In this document: positions 46,443 through 53,992 of the stretch, piece by piece
How positions within the stretch are numbered: the stretch's first letter is position 1
How the letters are laid out: each line of letters starts with the position of its first letter
DNA from: Candidatus Poribacteria bacterium
GTDB taxonomy: Bacteria; Poribacteria; WGA-4E; WGA-3G
Length of the DNA: 64,000 bases
Assembly: GCA_022819945.1 (NCBI GenBank)
Contig: JAJEGI010000108.1
Location: 72,880 to 136,879 of the forward strand
Reading direction: 5' to 3'
Notes under the pieces: generated by a model
What the model saw: the letters and a program-made list of their open reading frames with translations, nothing else
Database searches by the model: none
What the model was told of the DNA's origin: nothing
Made by a program: the position numbers and the translations under genes

Positions 46443-47256
46443 TAGGATATGGTGCGATTGGACAGGCACAAAATAACTGTGCATGAGCGCAAGCAATACA
46501 GCACTCGGTGAACCTAACACCGCATACTTTACCGTAACTGCGTTGATGGAAACGTCAAGGTGGGAAGCAACGGGACATGGAGACCAGCGAACACAAGGCA
46601 AAATTATTTTGGGAAAATCATAACCCAAATAACGTGCTAGCGAATTCCAGTAAGAACCGAAAAGTATAAGCGAAAGTTGAATATCCCAAAGCCCCGTTAA
46701 ATTAGATACGCGAGCCTTTGAGACGGCTATAATCGTCAAAAGCGTAGTATCATAAATAGTATACTCATGTTTTATACTATTAAATGATGTGCTTGTATTT
46801 CACATCATAAAAGTTTATTATTCACGGAATAAACTAATTAGGTTGATTGATACAAGGCTACGAAGTAGCACATCGGGGTAAAGGATAATACTAAATCGGT
46901 TTAGTTATCTTGTAGAGAGTCCAATAGAACCTAACCCGTCTTTTCTGTGAAAAGATGGCATGGTTGAGGAGATTGGAAAAAGTCAAGAATTTTTTCGGAC
47001 ATCTTAAAAAGGAATTTATCAGTACTGGGTTAACGTAGCAAGGTGGACGGTATTAACCGCCCACGCATCGCAAGGACGACTACAACCGTCCTCGCTCTCC
47101 CACGCTACTGGTGGACACCCCCAATACTAAGGCATTGTTGATGCTCATAAACAATTTAATAATGCCTTAGTATTCATAGAAAACCTGCAAAATTCTTTTC
47201 AAAGCCCAATCAGTGTCAATCCTTTAACAATTCTTTTCTCTGGAGAATTCTAAATC

Positions 47257-48999
47257 ATGAGTAATCAAAACTCAAGTAGAACAAGCACTCATAACACATT
47301 TACCGCATCCAATATAAGAAGATGCGAAAAATATGTTCTTGATATGCAGAAAAGACTTGACAAAGCGGTTGCCAATAATGACGTGAAAGCAATTCATAAT
47401 CTTTTTACTATCTTGGTTAAAAGGTCTTGGGCAGTGAAAGTTTTGGCAGTATGGAGAATAACATATCTCAACAACGGTAAATACACTGCTGGAATTGATG
47501 ATAAGAAAATTCCACATGCTACAAAACAACAACAGGACGAAATGAGATGGCGACTTCTACAAGAAATCAACATCAAATCAAATCCTGATGCTATCAGGCG
47601 TGTTTATATTCCGAAATCTAACGGCAAGAAACGACCGCTTGGCATACCCACCTTAAAAGACCGAATAAATCAAGAAATCCTTAGAATAGCACTTGATCCA
47701 ATAGTAGAATATCATTTTGACGATGACAGTTACGGTTTTAGACCAAAACGAAGTTGCCAAGATGCTATGAAAATGTTATTTATCTGCCTTTCAAGACAAG
47801 ACCGCAGACGCTACATAGTAGAAGGTGATATTAAAAGTTGTTTTGACAATATATCTCACAATCACATACTATGGACTTTACGGACTTGGAAAGTGCCGAT
47901 ATATGCCATACGCACTATTAAAAAGATGCTAAAAGCAAAGATATTTGATAAAGAAAAACTACACGAAAGCACACAAGGAACACCTCAAGGTGGAGTAATT
48001 TCACCGATGTTGTCTAATGTGGCGTTATCATCTTTTGACTACTACATCAGAAATCACACCGACCAAATAATGGTAAGATATGCTGATGATTTTGTGATTT
48101 TGTGTAAATCCAAATCACAGGCTAAGGAAGTTAAAAAGGACATATCTAAATATCTTAATAACACGATTGGCTTAACGCTATCAGAGGAAAAGACTCATAT
48201 CACTCATATCAAGAAAGGTTTTAATTTTCTAGGATTTACATTTAGAAAATATCCACAAACAGGGATACACAAACCTAAAGATATAAGTGATTATACCATG
48301 TTAGTTACACCTGATAAGGAAAGAACGAAAGACCGCATTTTGAAATTAAAAGATGTAATAAGCAAAGGCAAAGCCCTACCCCAAAACACGCTTATCACAC
48401 TTTTAAATCCGATACTTCGTGGCTGGAGTAATTACTATAGATACGTCAATAGTTCTAAAACATTTAGCAACATTGATTATTATTTATGGCGGAAACTTCT
48501 TAAATGGGGAAAACGGAGGCACAACAGAAAAGGCGGAAAGTGGGTTGTAGATAATTATTACACCAAAGACAACAAAGGGCTTATCTTTGGCAAAAGACCC
48601 AATCCTTTACTTATCAGGCTTACCGATACAACTTTATTAAGTTTTATCAAAGTAAGAAAAGGAAAAAGAGTCTATAGTAAAAGTGATTCTGATTATTGGA
48701 CAAAACGGGAATATGCGTTGGTTAATCAGAATTTATCAGAAATGAATAAACGACTACTTAAAAAGCAAAAGGGCAAATGCCCACATTGCAATAACCCTTT
48801 TGCTTTAGATGATAAATTACATACTCATCATATATTTCCAAAAGCACTCGGAGGCAACGATAGTTATAGCAACCTTCAACTACTGCATGCCGAATGCCAT
48901 CGTGAGTTACATTCCAAAAGGGGATATGGTGTTAGTTCGGCAACACACCCGACTGCCAATCGGGACTCGCAGGTTCGAGACCTGTTATCTCCAATTTGA
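47257..48999 (+). CDS. Group II intron reverse transcriptase/maturase with HNH endonuclease domain
   Basis: RT motifs (RRVYIPKSNGKKRPLGIPT, YGFRP, VRYADDFVI), X domain (LNPILRGWSNYYRY) and HNH (CPHCNN...HHIFPKALGG...LLHAECHRELH). The last 26 codons read through the tRNA-like sequence, so the native C-terminus is uncertain. Confidence 0.9.
   Translation: MSNQNSSRTSTHNTFTASNIRRCEKYVLDMQKRLDKAVANNDVKAIHNLFTILVKRSWAVKVLAVWRITYLNNGKYTAGIDDKKIPHATKQQQDEMRWRLLQEINIKSNPDAIRRVYIPKSNGKKRPLGIPTLKDRINQEILRIALDPIVEYHFDDDSYGFRPKRSCQDAMKMLFICLSRQDRRRYIVEGDIKSCFDNISHNHILWTLRTWKVPIYAIRTIKKMLKAKIFDKEKLHESTQGTPQGGVISPMLSNVALSSFDYYIRNHTDQIMVRYADDFVILCKSKSQAKEVKKDISKYLNNTIGLTLSEEKTHITHIKKGFNFLGFTFRKYPQTGIHKPKDISDYTMLVTPDKERTKDRILKLKDVISKGKALPQNTLITLLNPILRGWSNYYRYVNSSKTFSNIDYYLWRKLLKWGKRRHNRKGGKWVVDNYYTKDNKGLIFGKRPNPLLIRLTDTTLLSFIKVRKGKRVYSKSDSDYWTKREYALVNQNLSEMNKRLLKKQKGKCPHCNNPFALDDKLHTHHIFPKALGGNDSYSNLQLLHAECHRELHSKRGYGVSSATHPTANRDSQVRDLLSPI
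48920..48993 (+). tRNA. tRNA-like gene, anticodon GCC (Gly), embedded in the intron and overlapping the IEP 3' end
   Basis: Hand-folded cloverleaf. Acceptor GGGGATA/TATCTCC (G3:U70 wobble). D stem GTGT/ACAC with GG in the loop. Anticodon stem CCCGA/TCGGG with loop CTGCCAA. 4-nt variable loop. T stem GCAGG/CCTGT with loop TTCGAGA. Discriminator A. Position 14 is U rather than A, and CCA is not encoded. Confidence 0.6.
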
Positions 49000-49094
49000 A
49001 ATTTAATTCACGATAAACGTTTTGTCGATTGACTTTCAGTAAACCAAGCAGGCTCACAATTTTATCAATTGTTTGCTTACTATGAGGTGAAATA

Positions 49095-49502
49095 ATGAAA
49101 GATAAAATTGTATTCTTTATTTTAGGAATGCTTGTAATAACTGCAGTAATCATCACAGAAAGAGTGAATTCACCAGTTGCACAAGTAGATACACAAGTCT
49201 TTGAAAATGTATTAATTAGAGGTAAACTAATCATTGAGGACGGAGATAATAGAATTACTCTGGAAAACAAAGATGGTGCTTCTAATATAATAATTGATTC
49301 TAAAGGCTGCGGTATTGCACTGAGTGCTAAGGAAGATAATGCTACAGTTCTCGTTATAAACGATATACAAGACAAAGGGAAACTTGGCATTCCAAAAGGT
49401 ATAGCGTTGTATACTACGAGAGACCAAGCAACAAATGAAAAAGGCTCACTCATTTATATGCAAGATGATAAAGGTATGAAAATTTCAACCACTACAGATT
49501 AA
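49095..49502 (+). CDS. Hypothetical membrane-anchored 135-aa protein (intron cargo ORF)
   Basis: GAGGTGA SD 7 nt before the ATG. N-terminal TM segment (IVFFILGMLVITAVIIT) followed by a beta-rich D/G/N/K-rich domain. No recognisable family. Confidence 0.55.
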   Translation: MKDKIVFFILGMLVITAVIITERVNSPVAQVDTQVFENVLIRGKLIIEDGDNRITLENKDGASNIIIDSKGCGIALSAKEDNATVLVINDIQDKGKLGIPKGIALYTTRDQATNEKGSLIYMQDDKGMKISTTTD

Positions 49503-49520
49503 AATTTTCATTGGTTTTGC

Positions 49521-49549
49521 TTGAAATACTAATCAAAATGTGTTATAAT
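49521..49549 (+). promoter_or_regulatory. Sigma70-type promoter TTGAAA-17 nt-(TGT)TATAAT inside the intron, 44 nt before domain V
   Basis: Read directly from the sequence. Confidence 0.45.
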
Positions 49550-49592
49550 ACACAAAATCAAATGTAATAAAAGTCGTTATTGTTGACATGGA

Positions 49593-49667
49593 AAGCCGTG
49601 TGCGGTGAAAGTCGCACGCACGGTTTGGGGAGAGGGGCTAGAAGGCGACTTTTAGTCCCTACTCTAC
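49593..49667 (+). ncRNA. Group II intron domains V and VI
   Basis: Domain V is AAGCCGTGTGCGGT-GAAA-GTCGCACGCACGGTTT: an 8-bp lower stem with the AGC triad, a 2-nt CG bulge, a 6-bp upper stem and a GAAA loop. Domain VI is an 11-bp helix (49630-49640 paired with 49653-49664) with a single bulged A at 49661, 6 nt before the 3' end. Confidence 0.85.
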
Positions 49668-49859
49668 TTACGCTAAGATCGAGGGATTTTACTACATTTC
49701 GTGAGCCCTATTAAACATTTTGGCAGTACTTGACGTTAAAAATAAGTACTCGCGAATCGCAAATGGTTAATCATTTTTGCAACGCCAGTTTCGGTTAGGT
49801 CTCACATGATAGTCTTAAGACCGAAACGATCCCTCTTCTGTTTATAGGAGGAAAAGCGA

Positions 49860-50813
49860 ATGAATAGCAGAACTTCCGGCCTGCTCAGTCAAATGCGAGA
49901 ACGTCGAGCGGAACGAAAAAAACCGAAGCGTTTTGTCGCATTGAAGAAGGTTACGCTGGATTCCAGCCAGCAGCACCACATTTCCGAGGCACAAGCGAAT
50001 CTGCCGAAACACCCCATCACGCAAAAACATATTAAAAAGAGTTCCACCGCGTTTTCAGTCGCAATGTTGTTTCATATCCTCATCGCTATATTCATTGGAA
50101 CTTACGTTATCGTTGAGCGGATTGAGTATGAAGATGAAACATTTGATGTGAGTATGGTCGTAGAAGAGTCAAAAACGAAACGCCGACTCATACGTAGGAA
50201 GACAACGCAGTTTGACTCAAAAACGGAACGCCAACAACCCGTTTTCAAGCAACCCGTAAGGACAGATACTGCCCAATTGCCTTCAAAGGATGGGTTCACA
50301 ATCCCTCAAGGTCCAGAAACAGGGTTTGATCTTACAACGCCAGAAACGAGTACAGGGCCCGCGCTTATAAATGTTGACCGAAATTTTGTACAACCTACAA
50401 CGACAATCGAACCTGAAACCAAGGCACCAGGCTTTGAACTCGAGCGCGACGCACCAACACTGATAAATAAACTTGATACCCCTGATGCTAATGTAGGACC
50501 CGGGTTGGATAACATTAACTTTACGCCTGAGCCAGGCGTTGTTGAGCCCAAGTATAAAGTTAAAGTGAAGCCGAAGTATCCAGAAAGTGCTAAGAAAGCA
50601 GGGAAGGAAGGCACTGTTCTTTTGCAAGCAACCATTGACGAAAATGGTATTCCAAAAGACATTGTGGCATTGACTAACCTCGGATTTGGGTTTGAGGCAG
50701 CAGCAATTGAGGCGCTGAAAAAAGCGACTTTTCGTCCGGCGACGAAGGCTGGTAAACCTATCACCCTTAAAGAGGTTCAAATACCCTACGAGTTTAAACT
50801 TGAAGAGGACTAA
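49860..50813 (+). CDS. TonB-family energy transducer (paralogue 1)
   Basis: N-terminal TM segment (FSVAMLFHILIAIFIGTYVIV), Pro/Thr-rich linker and TonB C-terminal domain (KPKYPESAKKAGKEGTVLLQATIDENG...ATFRPATKAGKPI). Confidence 0.85.
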   Translation: MNSRTSGLLSQMRERRAERKKPKRFVALKKVTLDSSQQHHISEAQANLPKHPITQKHIKKSSTAFSVAMLFHILIAIFIGTYVIVERIEYEDETFDVSMVVEESKTKRRLIRRKTTQFDSKTERQQPVFKQPVRTDTAQLPSKDGFTIPQGPETGFDLTTPETSTGPALINVDRNFVQPTTTIEPETKAPGFELERDAPTLINKLDTPDANVGPGLDNINFTPEPGVVEPKYKVKVKPKYPESAKKAGKEGTVLLQATIDENGIPKDIVALTNLGFGFEAAAIEALKKATFRPATKAGKPITLKEVQIPYEFKLEED

Positions 50814-50860
50814 ACACACCGCTTGTTATCCTTCGTTCTTACTTATAGGAGAAAAAGCGA

Positions 50861-51808
50861 ATGAATAGCAGAACTTCCGGCTTGCTCAGTCAAATGCGAG
50901 AACGTCGCGCAGAACGAAAAAAACCGAAGCGTTTTGTCGCATTGAAGAAGGTTACGCTGGATCCCAGTCAGCAGAGCCATATTTCCGAGGCACAAGCGAA
51001 TCTGCCGAAACACCCCATCACGCAAAAACATATTAAAAAGAGTTCCACCGCGTTTTCAGTCGCAATGTTGTTTCATGTCCTCATCGCTATATTCATTACG
51101 ACCTACGTGATCGTCGACCGGATTGAACAGGAGGATGTGGTATTTGATGTGAGTATGATCGTAGAAGAGTCGAAAACGAAACGCCAACTCATACGTAGGA
51201 AGACAACGCAGTTTGACTCGAAAACGCAACAGCAGAAACCCGTTTTCAAGCAACCCGTAAGGACAGATACTGCCCAATTGCCTTCAAAGGATGGGTTCAC
51301 AATCCCTGAAGGTCCAGGAACAGCACTTGACCTTACAACGCCAGATGCCAATGAAGGCCCCTCACTCATAGATGTTAACCGGAATTTCGTACAACCCACG
51401 ACAACAATCGAACCTGAAACCAAGGCACCAGGCTTTGAACTCGAGCGCGACGCACCAACACTGATAAATAAACTCGATACCCCTGATGCCAAGGCAGCAC
51501 CCGGGTTGGATAACATTAACTTTACTCCCGAGCCTGGAGTCGTCCCACCGAAAATTATCCTCGCAGAAAAAAAGTATCCAGAGAGAGCGAAAAAGGCAGG
51601 AAAGGAAGGCGAGGTTATTTTGCAACTGACCATTGATGAAAAGGGTATTCCTAAAGACATTGTCCCCTTGACAAACATCGGATTTGGGCTTGAGGAGGCA
51701 GCGATCGAGTTGTTGAAGAAGAGCACTTTCCGACCTGCTACGAAGGGTGGAAAGCCGATAAGTCTTCTGATCGAAATACCTATTGACTTTAAACTTGAAG
51801 ATGAATAA
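50861..51808 (+). CDS. TonB-family energy transducer (paralogue 2, tandem duplicate)
   Basis: Collinear with 49860-50813, including the RBS region. Most positions are identical by eye. Confidence 0.85.
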   Translation: MNSRTSGLLSQMRERRAERKKPKRFVALKKVTLDPSQQSHISEAQANLPKHPITQKHIKKSSTAFSVAMLFHVLIAIFITTYVIVDRIEQEDVVFDVSMIVEESKTKRQLIRRKTTQFDSKTQQQKPVFKQPVRTDTAQLPSKDGFTIPEGPGTALDLTTPDANEGPSLIDVNRNFVQPTTTIEPETKAPGFELERDAPTLINKLDTPDAKAAPGLDNINFTPEPGVVPPKIILAEKKYPERAKKAGKEGEVILQLTIDEKGIPKDIVPLTNIGFGLEEAAIELLKKSTFRPATKGGKPISLLIEIPIDFKLEDE

Positions 51809-51864
51809 GTACACTGCTTACAAGCATTAACGGATATTGCCGCATCGGTTCCCTATACCAGAGT

Positions 51865-52650
51865 TCACCCAATTTGCAGCAATCCTTTGGCTGCGAAGTT
51901 GCGCACCAAACTGACAACGGATTGCCGAGCCGTATCAGCGATCTGCGTCTGTTCAAATGTCAATTCCGCAATTTCCGATTCGACAGCTTCCGCCTGCGAT
52001 GCCGACATATTTTCAAAGAATCGATCATGAACCGCAGACGGCGCATTGTGCAAGGCAAGAGCTAAGGTCGGTTTGTCTAATACTTGCAGGATAGTCTTGA
52101 TCGCTTCATCTCCCAAATTACTCAGGTCTTCAAAGGTAAACAACTTTTCAGAAACGCTATCCGCCACCTCTGGTCGTCTCTGACCCAACGCTTCCAACAG
52201 TTGGTTCTGATCTGCTATATCCATGTGGGATAACAATCGGGCAAGGTTCGCTGTACCCGCGCCTAAGAAAGTCGTCTTTTGCAGCGTCTCCTTAATCTTA
52301 GCAACCAGTTCGTCCCAGACTTGTGTTGCGCGTTCGGCATCAACGATCTCTGTTGTCGTCACCTTCTCAGCAATGCTTATCTGTTTATTAAAAGGCAGCA
52401 TCGCAAAAATTTCTCCCGTGTGCGAGGCGAGCGTACTTCCGGCGGATTCATCTTTCAACTGCCCACACATAACAAAAAATAGAGCAGCGTCGCTATCATC
52501 TATACCTTGGAATGCTGCTAAAACAACTTGTGGGTGTGTCTCATCAAGTAAAACCGTTAACGCTTGTAGCGCAGCCTCATCTAAAAATGGAGGCGTAGTC
52601 TGTGCGTCTGCATTAGAAACCGACACCTTGCACCCCTTTCTCGCCCGCAA
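51865..52650 (-). CDS. FliG C-terminal/MgtE_N-like domain protein
   Basis: FENMSASQAEAVESEI...IADTARQSVVSLVRNFAAKGLLQI resembles the FliG C-terminal (MS.RAA...EEEGEI) motif. The annotated start overlaps the purM 3' end by 38 nt, and a GTG at 52626 is an alternative. Confidence 0.55.
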   Translation of the reverse strand: MRARKGCKVSVSNADAQTTPPFLDEAALQALTVLLDETHPQVVLAAFQGIDDSDAALFFVMCGQLKDESAGSTLASHTGEIFAMLPFNKQISIAEKVTTTEIVDAERATQVWDELVAKIKETLQKTTFLGAGTANLARLLSHMDIADQNQLLEALGQRRPEVADSVSEKLFTFEDLSNLGDEAIKTILQVLDKPTLALALHNAPSAVHDRFFENMSASQAEAVESEIAELTFEQTQIADTARQSVVSLVRNFAAKGLLQIG

Positions 52651-53653
52651 CCACTTCGCCGATCAAGTAAGTCGATTCTCCAGCTGCCTTGAGCGACGCT
52701 AAGGCAGCATCAACGGCATCAGGCGCGAGTATCACTACCATCCCGATCCCCATATTAAAAACCCTGTACATCTCTGCTTCTTCAACATCACCCTTTTCTT
52801 GTAAAAATCGGAAAATCGGCGGTATCTCCCAGGTACCTTTCCGAATGTCGGCGACACATCCATCTGGTAGAATTCGCAGTACATTCGCAGGCAATCCGCC
52901 ACCCGTGATATGGGCAACCCCTTTAATCTCGCATACCTTGCGAAGTCCGAGAATAGATTTCACGTAACTTTTGTGGCACTCAAGCAAGGCTTCTCCGACT
53001 GTCGCAGAGAGTTCAGGCAAGTAAGTATCAACATCATAGCCACACTTGTTGAATACAATGCGGCGGACGAGTGAAAAACCGTTGGTATGCAAACCTGTTG
53101 AACCTAACCCAATAAGTTGATCACCGAGTGCTATCTTCTCTCCGGTAATTACGTTGGACTTCTCGACCGCGCCGACGATAGTCCCGACCAGATCGTATTC
53201 ACCCAACGTATAAATATCCGACAACTCCGCGATTTCACCCCCGATTAAGGTACAACCGATCTCTCGGCACCCCGCCGCGAGACCTGTCACAATACCTTCA
53301 ATCACCGCTGGCTCTACTTTGCTGATACCGATGTAATCTAAAAAGAAAAGCGGCTCTGCTCCCTGTACAACAATATCATTACCACAATGGGCGACAATAT
53401 CAAAGCCGACGGTGTCGTGTCGTCCTACTTTAAACGCGACCTTTAACTTTGTACCAACACTATCTGTACTGGAAACAAGCACCGGTTCCTGATACCCTTG
53501 AATCGCAAAAAGCCCTCCGAAACCTCCAACATCGCTGAGCACCTCAGGGCGGTAGGTGGTTTGGACAAGTTTTTTAAGCCGCGCTATCGCTTCGGACTCC
53601 GCTTCAAATGAGACCCCGGCATCAGCGTACGTCAACTGCTTTTTATCTGCCAT
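52613..53653 (-). CDS. purM: Phosphoribosylformylglycinamidine cyclo-ligase (AIR synthetase)
   Basis: YADAGVS, VSSTDSVGTKLK, DIVAHCGNDIVVQGAEPLFFLDY and AHITGGG motifs. Confidence 0.95.
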   Translation of the reverse strand: MADKKQLTYADAGVSFEAESEAIARLKKLVQTTYRPEVLSDVGGFGGLFAIQGYQEPVLVSSTDSVGTKLKVAFKVGRHDTVGFDIVAHCGNDIVVQGAEPLFFLDYIGISKVEPAVIEGIVTGLAAGCREIGCTLIGGEIAELSDIYTLGEYDLVGTIVGAVEKSNVITGEKIALGDQLIGLGSTGLHTNGFSLVRRIVFNKCGYDVDTYLPELSATVGEALLECHKSYVKSILGLRKVCEIKGVAHITGGGLPANVLRILPDGCVADIRKGTWEIPPIFRFLQEKGDVEEAEMYRVFNMGIGMVVILAPDAVDAALASLKAAGESTYLIGEVVAGEKGVQGVGF

Positions 53654-53978
53654 CTGATTTTTCTTGTTCCTTCAATAATTGTTTACGAAGAGGGGAGACA
53701 CTCTTCCTCGGCCTTAAAAGGCTGACAACTAACACGACACCACTAATACCCAAAGCAATGAGCACACCGATCTCTTGTGCATCTTCCGGTTTCATATTCG
53801 GCCGTAACTTCTCAATAAGTGCAGGAAGAATTCTGCTTAAAACCATGCCAAGGATGGCACAGACAAGCAGAGAGATAAGCGTATTTCGTCCTTGTGGTGT
53901 TCCTATTGGATTTGGTTTTTTCGACTTACCACTCTGTCTATACTGCATAAAAATTTTCCTCGTAGCCTCCGAACCCAC
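53643..53978 (-). CDS. Small two-TM membrane protein (hypothetical)
   Basis: Fills the purF-purM gap. Two clear hydrophobic segments. Its stop overlaps the purM start by 11 nt. Confidence 0.45.
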   Translation of the reverse strand: MGSEATRKIFMQYRQSGKSKKPNPIGTPQGRNTLISLLVCAILGMVLSRILPALIEKLRPNMKPEDAQEIGVLIALGISGVVLVVSLLRPRKSVSPLRKQLLKEQEKSDGR

Positions 53979-53992
53979 ACCCAGACATCGGT

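Larger units (their letters stand above)
46452..49667 (+). mobile_element. Group II intron (about 3.2 kb) with enlarged domain IV
   Basis: 5' GTGCG at 46452. IEP ORF present. Domain V at 49593-49626. Domain VI has a bulged A at 49661. The 3' end is ...CTAC at 49667. The region is visibly AT-rich relative to its flanks. Confidence 0.8.

Noticed and set aside
46362-46739. 125-aa minus-strand ORF at the intron 5' region
   Set aside because: It is antisense to group II intron domain I and spans the consensus promoter. It has no coding signal.
48932-49453. 173-aa minus-strand ORF opposite the intron cargo ORF
   Set aside because: It is S/L/I-rich, runs antisense through the tRNA-like sequence and lacks an SD. 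The plus-strand 135-aa ORF has a strong SD and a TM anchor, so it was preferred, with moderate confidence only.
49660-49675. Intron inserted into a family-B repeat (shared ACTTACGC at the 3' flank, AATTAGGA versus AAATAGGA at the 5' flank)
   Set aside because: The match is only 8 nt on one side and 7 of 8 nt on the other. It would also require non-canonical intron boundaries. It is probably coincidence.
49860-51808. Tandem tonB copies as an assembly artefact
   Set aside because: The two copies differ at many scattered positions and in a C-terminal indel region (KYKVKVKPKYPES versus KIILAEKKYPER). This argues for a real duplication. It remains checkable by read mapping.
50283-51814. Long minus-strand ORFs (50283-50819, 50306-50764, 51103-51726, 51362-51814) opposite the tonB paralogues
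   Set aside because: They are mirror ORFs of the Pro/Thr/Gly-rich TonB genes. The plus-strand products have clear TonB architecture.
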